The notes below the pieces were generated by a model, which saw only the letters and a program-made list of their open reading frames with translations, made no database searches and was not told where the DNA came from. This document shows, piece after piece, positions 38,372 through 51,497 of a stretch of 64,000 nt of DNA. Numbering within the stretch: position 1 is the stretch's first letter; each line of letters begins with the position of its first letter. A program made the position numbers and the translations under genes. This DNA is from Phoronis australis (Eukaryota > Animalia > Phoronida), in NCBI GenBank assembly GCA_002633005.1, contig NMRA01000294.1, forward strand, positions 116,948 to 180,947, given 5' to 3'.

Positions 38372-41300
38372 TTTTTATGCGCCCACATATTTGTATTTGG
38401 ACGAATTATGCCGTCATCGCCGTCCTTCCGTCAGCCGGTCCGGCGTCCGTCCGGGGTCCGTCCGGCGTCCGTCAGGCATCCGTTCGGCGTCCAGCGTCCG
38501 CTGCTCTATCTCCAAAACACTTTGACGTACGTTCATAAAATTTGGCACATGTTTTTATTATTGATTGGACGGCATGAGCCAACTTTCGGACGGTTCCGAC
38601 TACCGGTGTGCCCCCTAGTGGCAATTTTAGTTTTTTACGCTTCCGTCTATATCTTCAAAGGTCCTCAACCTATTTGATAAAAATCGGCATATAGGCATCT
38701 ATTAGTGAGATGACGTTATCCTTCCGTTTTCGGATGCATTCGACTTACTTTGCGCAACGTTTTTTTCGTAAAATTTATAATATAGGCATCTATTAATTAG
38801 GTGACGCTATCCATCCGTTTTTGTATGGATTTGAAGTAGTTTGCGCCACCTAGTGGCCATTTTCACTGTTTTTAGTCTGTTTTTGGCGTCCACCCCTCTA
38901 TCAACCAAACCGTTCTAAGTATGCTTGTGANGCCTCATTGATATAGCGTTTCTCTGTTTTTGTGTTTATGTGTGATGGTCTGTGTATTTGTATCTAGGTC
39001 GTTTAATATCCTATGCATTATTTTGTTGTACAATAGAAATTTTCTTGAAAATTTTGATATCTGTCAGTAATCATCCTTTTTATGCGCCCACATATTTGTA
39101 TTTGGACGAATTATGCCGTCATCGCCGTCCTTCCGTCAGCCGGTCCGGCGTCCGTCCGGGGTCCGTCCGGCGTCCGTCAGGCATCCGTTCGGCGTCCAGC
39201 GTCCGCTGCTCTATCTCCAAAACACTTTGACGTACGTTCATAAAATTTGTCACATGTTTTTATTATTGATTGGACGGCATGAGCCAACTTTCGGACGGGT
39301 CCGACTACCGGTGTGCCCCCTAGTGGCAATTTTAGTTTTTTACGCTTCCGTCTATATCTTCAAAGGTCCTCAACCTATTTGATAAAAATCGGCATATAGG
39401 CATCTATTAGTGAGATGACGTTATCCTTCCGTTTTCGGATGCATTCGACTTACTTTGCGCAACTCAGTGGCCATTTTTAGTCTGTTTTGGCGTCCACCCC
39501 TCTATCAACCAAACCGCTCTAAGGATGATTGTGGAAATTGGCATGTATGTTCTTACTATGAGGAGGACGGCTGACGATGATTTTCCCACGATTTCGACTA
39601 CTCTGGCGCCTCCTAGTGGCAGTTTTATTTTTTGTGGCCTTGGCTGTATACCTAAACTATTGGCAGCATTTTTACTAAATTCAGCAAGTGTATTTATATG
39701 ATGTTGACAATGGATGACGACGACTTTCGGTCAGATCTGACTACCGGTGGCAATTTTAGTTTTTTACGTTTAGCCTACTTCGCTGTATCTTTAAAGGTCC
39801 TCAACGTTTTTTCGTAAAATTTATAATATAGGCATCTATTAATTAGGTGACGCTATCCATCCGTTTTTGTATGGATTTGAAGTAGTTTGCGCTACCTAGT
39901 GGCCATTTTTCACTGTTTTTAGTCTGTTTTTGGCGTCCACCCCTTTATCAACCAAACCGTTCTAAGTATGCTTGTGAAAATTGGCAAGTATGTTCTTTAT
40001 ACAACGCTGAGAATGATTTTCCGACGACTTCGACTACTGTGGTGCCTCCTGGTGGAAGTTTTATTTTGTTTTGCCTCAATGGCTGTATCTCCTAAATCGT
40101 TCACAGCATCTTTGCTAAATTTAGAAGGTGTATTTATATGATGTTGACAACGGATGACAGCAACTTTCGGACGGATCTGGCTACCAGTGTTCCCCCTAGT
40201 GGCAAGTTTCATTTTTAGGCTTACCTCTGTATCTTCAAAGGTCTTCAACGGATTATCAGAAGGTTTGGAATATAGGCATCTATTGGTGAGGTGATGCTAT
40301 CCTCCCGCTTTTGAATGGAATCGAGGTACTTTGCGTCATCTAGTGGCATTTTTTCCAGTTTTCGAGTCTTGTTTTTGGCGTCCTCACCTAGAGAAACCAA
40401 ACCATTCTAAGCCGGAATGATTCTGAAAATTGGCGTCATTGTGAAAAGGACGATTGACGATAACGAATTTGACTACTGTGGCGCCTCCAAGTGGTAGTTT
40501 TGTTTTGTTTTGCGCCCATAGCCGCATCTCCTAAACTCACAAAAGAATCTTTATTAAATTTACTTAATGTATTTATATGAAGCTAACAGCAACGTCTTTT
40601 AGACGGATCCAATACACACCGTGTCCCATAGGCCTAATTCACGCGACGGACATTAAAATCTAAAGCGAGGCTCACAGCGATAAACGAAGCCGCGCGGAAG
40701 TTGACATTGCGTGAGTTAAATGGCTGGTCTTTCGAGTCCAAGTTGGATATTAAATCTTTAAAATGTGTCGATAATAAACCACGGAGACGTAGAAAAATAC
40801 ATTAGAGAACAAGTCAATGCAACAAAAAGTTGTCTGACGAAAGGGTAAGTTTTTTTTTCGGAAAACAAGGTTCGAAACATGAAAAGGTAATGTGACCAAA
40901 TTGCGGCGATCGCAGTGTTACGGGTTAAGTATTATGCTGAATGCAGGGTTACGTTTCTTCTTGTAAATTGTTGATAAAAATGCTTTCTACACGAACCAGG
41001 CCATCTGCTCGTATTGTTGACGAGTTGATGATATATTCGACAGTGGTGGCTCATTGCATTTTGCTGTCATGTGCAATTAGTCACATCTGGTTGAATTTGT
41101 TGATAAAGAATATTATAACATCAAGCAGCCTAGGTCCTGGTGAGGCAGGAACTACCGGGACTAACAGTTGATTTGTCATTGATCTGAAAGAATAATTGAT
41201 CGTATTAGATATATTTTTATTAAAAAAACAGGCTTGTAACTGAAAATATAATTATTTGACCATCAATTCTGCTTTCTTGGTTTTAATAATTCTTACGTCT

Positions 41301-42357
41301 ATTTCATGTATTGGTTTCAAATATCATCTGGACGGCAAGTTGAATTTCAAAATTAAGACACCTATTTCGTTTGTCCAAAGCATAACTTGGTTTTAGAGCT
41401 CAATTTCAGTTAACTGAACAGAGCAAGCATAGTCATCATGTTTCTTCGTGGGCCTCGCTCATCCGAGGGGAAGGTGTCTGTGCCTTCTGAGAGGGGATTT
41501 TTTTCGCCGAGTGAGGGGAAAAATCTACCTCCCGATCACCATCAATAGCACCCCCGCCCTGTTGCAAGGTCTCATTGGCTCTTTCTCAAGTAGCATTTTG
41601 TGCTCTTTCAAAGTTTCACCTGTGTGTATTCATTTGTGATTTGAACTGACTACGGAGAAAAATGTTTAATCACTAGGGGAATTTTTAGACCTGGTGGGGG
41701 GAATTTCGCGTGATTTTTCAATATTTTTGAGAGGGGCAAGGACAGATATTCGGCCCCAAAACCGAGGGATTGAGGGCCCTGTAGTTTTTTGAAACTAAAA
41801 TGCCTAATGTTTTAACCCGTAGTCTTGAAAACACAGCCTGGCTGACCGAAAATTCTCCGGTCGTTGCTATAATGCTCGGCAACCGAAATGCGACAATTAA
41901 AATATGATCTAACTTTTCGAAAACATTTGTAAATTTTACACGGCCATATTTTCCTTTGTCGCGGCGTATGGCAACGACCCAACGCTTCGGAATCTCAACG
42001 TCCTTAGAGATTGTAAAATAGACAGTCGAGAGTCCGTATTTTTTCAGGCGTTCAAGAACGCGAAGTACAAGTATGCGAGCCTCGTTTTGGAACGCGCCTC
42101 CTGTCGGCGTGAATTAGGTCTATAGTGGCAATTTCGTTTTTTCTGTTTTCGTTTGTTTCTCTGAAGTTCCTTGGCTGATTTTTATGGATTTTGGTAAATC
42201 GCTTTCTATAAAGAGGCTATGTCATATTCCTATTTTCAGATGGATTGGACGTTTTTTCCGTCATCTACTGGCTATTTTTATGAAACAAATAATCCTAGAA
42301 GCATTCCGTTTGCGATGCCTTCGTGGGCGCATTTCAACAATCCGCGTTGCTCTTCTT
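38372..42357 (+). mobile_element. HINE-like element, copy 2 (5-prime end represented twice around N at 38931; interrupted at 40629-42122)
   Basis: Same 5-prime end at 38372 and 39077, same array, same 3-prime hairpin end at 42322-42357. Confidence 0.75.
40629..42122. mobile_element. DNA element (TAGGCCTAATTCACGC...GCGTGAATTAGGTCTA) inserted into a HINE array monomer
   Basis: 16-bp TIR with one mismatch; the flanks rejoin to gtgtccca-tagtggcaa. Confidence 0.75.
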
Positions 42358-42526
42358 ATATTTATCGATATTATAATTGTTAATCTGCCTATTGATAACG
42401 TTTATGATTTACGGCCAATTATTTTATCACTTATTCTCTAATTCTTAGAATGAAATAAACAGTTATACAGTTAACTACTCTGAATTCATCAGACTGGATG
42501 TGACTCGCTTCACAATTCTTTTTTAG

Positions 42527-42687
42527 CTGTGCAGTCAACAGCCAACTTCCAGTGCTTGAGCAGAAACGACATTGCACCTATAATAATACGCAACTGTATG
42601 GAAGAGTTCCAACATGTCACGGAATTCAACGAACCACTTGTCCGAGGCAGCCTCTTTGAGAATACAGCGGATCACTGGCTGATAAAG
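42527..42687 (+). CDS. PALD1: Paladin-like exon (VQSTANFQCLSRNDIAPIIIRNCMEEFQH...ENTADHWLIK)
   Basis: Aligns by eye to human paladin NKVAPVVITYNCKEEFQ...DNTPEHYLVQ. Splice sites ttttag| and AAG|gtac. Confidence 0.9.
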
Positions 42688-43442
42688 GTACTAAGATACA
42701 AGGCAGGGGGGCAGGGTGCGAAGGATAGGAGGATTGGAGTCATGGATGGACATTTAGCGAATAAAGATGGTTTAATGCAAACGTTTTGAGTCCAGCTAAG
42801 TGCTACATGTTGTTCACTTACACGTAATGCACTTGAGAAAAGAAATAAATACTCATGATGTCTACCACGACGATGACGACGATAGCTACACTAGTCTTTA
42901 AAATAGGCTGGACAGGCTTCGACGGAATACTGCCCAACTTAGGTTTCTTGCAAGAATTCTTTGACAACTTAGTCAAACATTAGTTAGCCTGACCGTAAGT
43001 TGTAAAAGGATTTCCAAGGCAAGTTGCGATTTGGACAGAGTGCGAGGGGCGACATCTGTCGAGAACTTGCAGTAAGTGAAATCCTTTCTGTTAAAAAGTT
43101 GTGGATAGTAAGTGGAGGGTTTAATACAGGTGTATCCCTAGAAACATTTCGGCTCTGCGTAGAAACTGTGTCGATAATCTCACCCCACTTATTTTGAAAA
43201 CCTATGTACACGTACATGCCAAAGGCAGAATACTTATTGAAAGAGACATTTCTTTCTAATTCACTGCCGGATACATGGTTTGTCTCCTGTTGAGATCACC
43301 CAGTACATCTTTGCCATTAGGATTTTTTTACACAGATGCACTCGATTACGGAAGGACAGTCGAATACATAGATGGGAACCGTTTTACGTATCAGAACAAT
43401 CGTCTCTTCCTCCGGGTTGAATATTGCTTCCATGTATTTCAG

Positions 43443-43619
43443 GAAAAATATGTACTAATGCGCGACGTTCTTTCTTCGTCGGATACAATGGAGAGTTTAG
43501 AAACTTTTAAAGCTCCAAACCTCAGGCGAGCAGACGGACCATTTCCTGTATACGGCACTGGACAGCCGTCGCGGAACGGGATGGAGGAAATCGTTTCGTT
43601 CTTGAAATCGCAAAACAAT
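43443..43619 (+). CDS. PALD1: Paladin-like exon (EKYVLMRD...KAPNLRRADGPFPVYGTGQPSRNG...)
   Basis: Matches the paladin GAPNFR...VFGMGQPS motif. Acceptor tttcag|; probable GC donor AAT|gcaagt. Confidence 0.9.
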
Positions 43620-43807
43620 GCAAGTTTTTTTATTACTATTGTCATCTGAACTATGTATTGATAATTCTGTTACCTTACCTTATGCTTTATTTCTTCCACC
43701 TTTTTCAAAATGCAACATTTCAGTTACAAAGTTGTTAAAAATAAAAGTCTTTGTACAATGCTGTAAAGCGAAAGCAACATTTATGTGTGTCATTTTTTCG
43801 TTTGCAG

Positions 43808-43975
43808 AAAATCTTCATATTTAATGTTAGGGAAGATGCCACGTTATACATTCATGATGAAAACGATATGGTACCCTTCTCTCTAAGAGACATTGAGACG
43901 TTGCAGATTCCTCGTTCGCGCGAGATATGTAGTGTACGACACACGATCGACAACGAATCAGCAATTCGGAAGCAT
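43808..43975 (+). CDS. PALD1: Paladin-like exon (KIFIFNVREDATLYI...ESAIRKH)
   Basis: Matches paladin VIFCVREEPVLF...ELAIRKE. 168 nt, phase 0-0, tttgcag| and CAT|gtaagt. Confidence 0.9.
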
Positions 43976-46634
43976 GTAAGTTGACGCTAATAACTCTGCC
44001 ATTTCCATGGGAATTTTTCTTCTTCGGAACTCAAAATGCAGTCTCATGAACACGCTACCAACATGTATTTTTGGAGCGTTCATGTTTACAGCAGTGGTTG
44101 GACCTGAAATGGGATTATCGCTTTTGTAAAAGTGGGTGGGCGGTAAATGGAGGAGTCGAGTTTATGTTGCCGACCACGACCGTTGCCAGTCAAATTTGTT
44201 TAGCTTCCAGATTTTTTAGTTTTTTTTAGTGTTTTTGATGTAGGCGTTTTCACCTTTAAATCTGCATACAACCAAGTTTTCACAGCATGCATTTCACGGG
44301 TCAATTAATACAATAGCCGACATCCGTGTGGAGGAGCTGGCGTAATTATACGACTCACTATCTTCACAAACCCATCGGAACAATTTCCAAGAGTGATCTG
44401 TTTGTTGATGACTTGGAAGGCTACAGTTCTCGAGAATAGATCAATATGGCAAGTCCGTGGATAAGTGTGTAGAGTATTTATTGTTTATTTGTTATTTCAT
44501 GAAAATTCCATGAACCTCTGAGACGAGTAACCAACTTTAACTGTTAGTTCAAAACCTGACAATTGTGTAGTCAAATATGATTACTACAGAATACGACTGA
44601 TCCTGGTGTAGTAACATTTCACCAGGTTTCGTATCCAAAATAAGATGCACTGATTAGTTAGTTAACGAAAGCGGGAATGCTGTATACCAAATGACAAATC
44701 GTAAGTACATGTAACTTTTGATTGCAAAACAATTTTACGGAGGCGAGTATCTACGCTATCCAATTAAGCTGATAGCAAGTGAATTGTGTAAACGATCCGG
44801 GATTTTAAGCCCTGTAGAAAGTTCTTCGAGAAGACATTTGGGGCAACTACAATACCCTACGTCTTCTGAATGGCTCTACCCCTGAAAGTGATAGAAGTGA
44901 ACTATGTTTTGCTCTATGAATATGACAACGCACTCTAGTGTTGGTTTATGTACTGACTTCATGGCTCCCACTGCACTGTCCATGTAGTGCCGTGGGACAC
45001 CACGAGAGAAACAAGTTGACAAAAATTAATAGTAGAGCGGAATCCAAACCACTAACTCTGCAGTAAAAGGTCAGCTCTAAAGTCACTGACTCGACTAACA
45101 TCGTGTGTTCATACACCGTGGTGAGATATGTTCAAATATATGTATTTCAAATTACTGGGCCTGCCAAGTATTTTTGCGCTGAGAGAAGCGTGAGTATTTT
45201 GACCCAAAATAACCCGTTTCTGGTTAAAAGACGATTTTGCTTAAAAGCAACTAAAGTACTTTTTAAAGGAATTTAAATGTACGTGAAAGAAACTTTCTTA
45301 ATGGTGTTAATGTACACATTGATTATTTCTGCCAACTTCCTTGGGAGCGCCAAAATTCAGTAAAATTTGTTCAATGGAAGGTCACCCGATTGTGATGCAA
45401 TGCTAAACGTGTGTCAAGATTTAGTGCCACTCTACAAGAGAACCAAAAGGGGCGACTTTAATGTATGATCACCGACTCGGATCTTGAAGAAATATATGTT
45501 TTCATTTGTCCTGTTCAAAACTTATAGTTAAAATTTTTATGTTAGAGCGATTTGAATAGTTTGGACCAAAATAACCAATTTCGGCAGATTCACTTAGTGG
45601 AGTAGTTTTAAAACGGCTAAAGAATGGGTCAAAGAAAAAAAATATTTATAATGGTTTCGTTAACATTGAACTTATCTATCAAAAGATAGTCTTTGCATTT
45701 TCAGAGGGGTTTTCGTTAACCCTAATTGGAGAGCCAAAATTCGGTAAATTTTGTCCTATTTCTTGTTTTTGATTTTTAGCCATTTTTGAAGTGCTTTTGG
45801 GGCCATTTTGCGGTGTGTTGGTGATTTCAATATTTTCCATCAGTTTGTTATCTGACTAAGAAAGTAAACAACATTAAAAATGGGGTAATTGTTTGTTTCA
45901 AAGTAACTGTCGATGGGAAGGACATAACATTGCGCATTTTACAGTACTTGACCACGGGCAGTGTGCAGCTGTATCTCGCAAATACCATGAAAGGGCTTCG
46001 TTAATTTTTGCAAATATGTTTCTATTGTTACGTAATTGGTCGACGTCAACTTTTAGATGAAACACATGAATTTTAAAATCACGTGAATTTGTCACATAAG
46101 CCTTAAAATGTCATCACCTGTGCCTGTGTGATCTGTGCTCACGGTGAGTTGTGAACGTCCAATGATACATGGATATAGCAGATAGCATCATTGTCTCTAA
46201 AACTTTGAGCATAGTTAATTTTTTGTACTTGATTCTAATAAAAATATAAAAACATGTGTTTAATAAGTGTAAAGTACGCAATATAGGCTTAATAGAGACA
46301 TTTTTAAATTAAAAAATGAAAATGCCCATTTAAGAGATTTCTTTCATTTGCTCACAAATCCAAGATCTATCCATAAGCGTAGCTTTCATTGTCCAAAGCA
46401 ACACCCACTTCTACCACTAGAAAAATGTTCCTCCTGATTTATCTGCCCTGTCAAATTATGGATGCAGCGAAATTATCTGTATCATTTTTATTTGGAAGTC
46501 CATATTTGTGAATTCGTAATCCCATTAGGTGCTTTCACAGATTGCATTTGATGTATTTGTTTTTGTTAATGGAAATTTGACTTTTTTCGGTTTACCACCA
46601 ACAATATTTCATTAACTCTCCCATCCCCCATTAC

Positions 46635-46927
46635 GTGTACTGTCCCACCTCCTTTGCTGTGTACTGTCCCACCTCATGTACCGTGTACTATCTCACTTCC
46701 TGTGTCGTGTACTGTCCCACATCCGTGCCGCGTACTGTCCCACCTTCTGCGCCGTGTNCAACCTCATGTGTCGTGTACTGTCCCACCTCTGATGCCGTGT
46801 ACTGTCCCACCTCCTGTGCCGTATACTGTCCCACCTCCTGTGACGTGTACTGTCCCAACTCCTGTGCCATGTACTGTCCGACTTCCTGTGACGTGTACTG
46901 TCCCACCTCCTGTGCCGTTTACTGTCG
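46635..46927. repeat. 24-bp minisatellite, about 12 copies, intronic
   Basis: gtgtactgtcccacctcctgtgcc repeated. Confidence 0.95.
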
Positions 46928-47139
46928 TCCAGTTAAGGGATTTCACAGACCCCTCCAAAGCAAATCCTTGCAATCAAGTTTGACTTATGCCTATTCCAGC
47001 AGAGTTAAAACCAAAATTGTTACACCTACTATCTTTGTTTAAACGGATCACGTTCATTTTTGATTTAGGTTACTTCGTTTTCATTCCTTGCAACGAATTT
47101 TATTACATGTTTCGCAATTCATTATAAATTAATTAACTG

Positions 47140-48445
47140 TCACAGAAGGTGAACTTTTCTGCGTATATTTAGATTGCTGATAGTCATCACGTTTTTCCTG
47201 GATCAGAATAACAATAACATATCCATGTACGTCCATGTATAGCTAAGTTTCGTTGAAGAACGATTAAACTTTTTGTTTAATAGCTTGATACACAGTCGCT
47301 CGCATTGTCGGAACAATCTCATGTCTTCAGGGTGCATCGGTGTAGCAAAACATCGGGAAAGGGAAACTACATTTCCAGATTGCATGTCTCATCCTCAGGC
47401 AATAAGTAAAATGAACAAGTGCAAAGCAAAAAAAAAACTGTGAAATACACACGACAGCAGGAAGAGGGGCAGACAAGCAGAGAGTGTGAATGCAACACAC
47501 GGTAGGAAGCCCGCAACCCTAGCCAGCGTGTGGTACACACCTGTGAGCTGCTCAGTCAACACAACATTACATTTGCCCACTGGCTGTAGTATTAGTACTA
47601 CTAAGAACGTGTTTAATAAGAATTGTATTTCTAATAATTATCTGACTGATGAACATGTGCAAAAGAAGATTGTTAGGGATAACGTTAGGATGATAGATTG
47701 AATGTACATGTAGTTATTGATTATCAGAATATAAAGTCACGTCACCTTGTCATGAGAAACAACCCTAGCCGTGAAACATCACGACGAGTGGCCCAATCTA
47801 TTGTCTTTTACCAATTCACATGACATATGGTCGGACATATTCCTCCTCATTCTTGTGAACAGCGTTACATTGGACACACGGTGTGTTTTCTCTCGCGACG
47901 GTTGTCCATGCACTTGCAGGGCGGGTCTATTTAAGTTCATTTTGTTCATCAACATGGCCGAAAAATAACTAGGCAAGAAATAGTAGACAATACCATCATT
48001 CGCTATATTGAAAGTGTCACATTTCGGCTAAAGATGTTGGAATCGTTGTTGACAAGTCAAGAAAAAACTGTATTGAATGAGTAGTTCACAGGCCAGGTTT
48101 GTATCGCACGGTGGCTCTGTTCCGATAGCCTTGTGGGCTTCCTAACCTGTGTTGCATTCACACTCTCTGCTTGTATGCCCCTCTTCCCGTTGTCACGTGT
48201 ATTTTCCTGTGTAGTTTGCTTCGTACATGTATATGCCTGTGTGTTTCTAATGGCTCCCTGTGTTTTGCTACACTTGGACACCTGAAGATATGAGATTATT
48301 TAGAGACTACGACCCACTCTGTATCAAGCTGTGAAACAAAAACTTAGTCGTGTTTCAACGAAGTTTGTTTGTTGACGAAGCGGTGCTACCGAGATAAACT
48401 GATTTTATAGCTAAGTTTGTGAATATATCTTCCTCCACCTGCTGT
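47140..48445. mobile_element. Degenerate foldback element in a paladin intron
   Basis: 47455-47525 pairs with 48125-48200, and about 47250-47295 pairs with 48315-48360, as reverse complements. Confidence 0.6.
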
Positions 48446-49794
48446 TTTCAAAAATACCATGGAGCGTCATCTTTGCAGTTTTGGTTCATGCTCTTGGGGT
48501 AGAACCCTTTGTTTCGTTTTTTTTGTTGTTGTTAATATTACGAGTCTGCCTTCGTAATTAACCATGGTAGACGAAGGGAGCAGATGAGGTCTACTGAGTG
48601 CTTCCGTCAACAGGAAGATTCTTCGCAGATATTCAGTTTGAAGTTTGCTATTTCTCCTTGACCTATGTACACGTGTAGCGCTGCGTTGGTCTTTAAAATA
48701 AAGTTGTTATGAGAGCGTGTTAAGCATTTGATAATTAAACTGCGATGGATCAATGTATGTATGTGTGCAGTATAGAACTCTGGTACATTAGTCGTCAGTG
48801 TCGGCGAGGTTATAAATTAATGACGAGCGCATTCACTTATAGATCTTCGTGCATAAATAGCCCTTGTGGGATTATCCTGATAAGTCTCTTGGTGAGAAAT
48901 TACATGCCAAATGGCAGGAATTTACTCTAAATGATGCTCATCAAATTAGTTTAGCTTATATTACTAAGTGAGGGTCAATATCATTAACGAACAACAGTTC
49001 ACAGGAAGTCCACGTAATAATCAAAAAAGATATAAAAATCACGCGAAGGGCATGGGCGGCGCACCACAGGGGACTGGAGGATTGTAGCCCCACTTTTTTC
49101 AGAGCTGTGCCGCCCATGAGGGGTCATCTTTTAGATTCAGCTTAAACTTTGTGTATGTTGTGGCTCTGATACAAAAATCAGAACTTTCACCTTGTTCAAA
49201 TGTTCACGAAGCAAATTACACTTTTTTTGTATACAAAAAACAACAATTTTCCACGTAGGCCACGGGCTGTAGGCCACAGGAGGCCTAGAAAACCACTTCT
49301 GTGACCACTTTAGGGGGCAATTTAATTCAGGTGTTTTTAATGTCACAAATCATTGTACTTCATGATTCAAAAATAAAGTTACCGCGTTATTTTTGTGAAG
49401 TGTGATGTTATTGTGTCAATTTAGCAAATTGTATATGGAATTAAAAAATATAGAAAGAAGAAAATTAAGTGTCCATAAAGGATGATACTGCAGATAATAT
49501 TCCTACAGGCAGTACTGTCACAATAAACACATACTTAGTGATATTTTTCAATTAAAATGTGGAATTATGGAAGACATAAGAATTTATGGGTTCCACCTGT
49601 TGGCGAAATATGTAGTGTTTTATGCTGTTTTACTGTTGGCAAAACTATAATTATCAAACTGACTATATCTCACCTTTATTTTATCACACATTTACTAAAA
49701 AGCTATCATACAAAAGCAATCATAGCTACAAGTCCAAAGCATACAGTTTGTAAAAAAAATTTGACAATAAGTATAGAATAACAACGAATGCAAC

Positions 49795-51497
49795 GCATTA
49801 TGCCGTCATCTCCGTCCGTCCGTCCGTCCGGTGTCCGTCCGTCCGGCGTCCGTCCGTCCGATGTCCGCTGCTCTATCTCCAAAACGCCTTGACGTATGTT
49901 CATGAAATTTTGCACGTTTTCCTTCCGTAGATGGGACGGCATGAGCGAACTTTCGGACGGATCCGACTGCCGCTGTGCCCCCTAGTGGCAATTTTAGTTT
50001 TTTATGTTTACCTCTATCTTCAAAAGTCCTGAAAGGATTTTCATAAAATTTGGTTTATAGCCAACTATTAGTGAGATGACGCTATCCTACCGTTTTCAGA
50101 TGAATTTGATAGGGTTTGCGCCACCTGGTGGCCATTTTTACTGTTTGCGAGTCTGTTTTTTGCCTCCCCACTTCTATCAACCAAACTGCTCAAAGGATGA
50201 TTGTGAAAATTGGCATGTACATGTATCCTCTTACTATAAAGTGGACGGCTGACGATGATTTTCCGACGACTTCGACCACTGTGGCGCCACCTAGTGGCAG
50301 TTTTGTTTTTTTAGAGCCTATGGCTGTATCTTCTAAACCGTTCGCAGGATCTTTACTAAATTTTGTAAGTGTATTTGTATGATGTTAACAACGGAGGACG
50401 ATGACTTTCAGACGGATCTGACTACTGGTGTGCCACCTAGTGGCAGTTTTATTTTTTGTACGTTTACGTCTGTCTGTACAAAAATTTGGCATATGGTCAT
50501 CTGTTTATGAGGTGACACTATCTCCGTTTTCAGATGGATTCGACTTAGTTTGCGCCACCTAGTGGCCATTGTTACTGCTTCCGAATTTGATTTTGGTGTC
50601 TACTCGTTTGTCAACCAAAGGGCTTTCAGGATAATTGTGAAAATTTGCATGTATGTTTGTACTATGAAGTGGACGGCTGACGACGATTTTCCGACGAGTT
50701 CGACTACTGTGGCGCATCCTAGTGGCAGTTTCGTTTTTTGCGCTCATGGTTGTATCTATTAAACCGTTTGCAAGATCTTTGCTTAATTTAGCAAGTGTAT
50801 TTACATGATGTTGACAATGGACGACTTCGACTTTCGGACGGATCTGACTTCTGGTGTGCCCTCTAGTGGCAATTTTAGTTTTTTACGTTTACCAGTCTGT
50901 ATCTTCAAAGGTCCTCAACAGATTTTCATAAAATTTTGAATATAGGCATCTATTGGTGAGATGACGCTAACATCCTGTTTTTGGATGGAATCGAGGTATT
51001 TTGCACCACCTGGTGGCCGTTTTTGGTGTTTTCAAATCTTGTGTTTGGCGTCCACCCTCGATCATCCAAATCATTCTAGGAATGGTTTTGAAAATTTGCT
51101 TACATATTTTCAGTGTGAAGAGGAGGTTTGATGATAGTGACTGACTACTGTGGCGCCTCCTAGTGGTAGTTTTGTTTTGCTCCCGTATCTCCAAAACCCA
51201 CTGCAGGAACTTTGTTAAATTTAGTAAGTGAATTGATATGAAGACAACAGACGACGACTTTCAGGCGGATGGAACGGACGCTGTGCCCACAAGTGGCAAT
51301 TTCATTTTGTTCTGGTTTCCTTTGTTTCTCTGAAGTTCCTTGACAGATTTTTATGAAATATGGCATGTTCCCATTTTTGGATGGATTGTACATTTTTGCG
51401 TCATCTAGTAGCCATTTTTATGATACAAATAACCCTAAAAGCACACCATATGCGATACATTCGTGGGCGCATTTTAACGCTCCGCGTTGCTCTTGTT
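49795..51497 (+). mobile_element. HINE-like element, copy 3 (5-prime tip missing), followed by older array fragments to about 52230
   Basis: (CGTC)n tract at 49812-49860, 11 array monomers, 3-prime gtgggcgcattttaacgctccgcgttgctcttgtt. Confidence 0.75.

Noticed and set aside
44348-44361. 14-nt match (ATACGACTCACTAT) to the T7 promoter
   Set aside because: Lacks the contiguous TAAT start and the AGGG end, and no other vector sequence is adjacent. Treated as chance.
46635-47042. Cys-rich repeat ORF (VYCPTSCA)n resembling metallothionein or keratin-associated proteins
   Set aside because: It is a 24-bp minisatellite open in several frames on both strands, with no convincing splice sites, inside a paladin intron.
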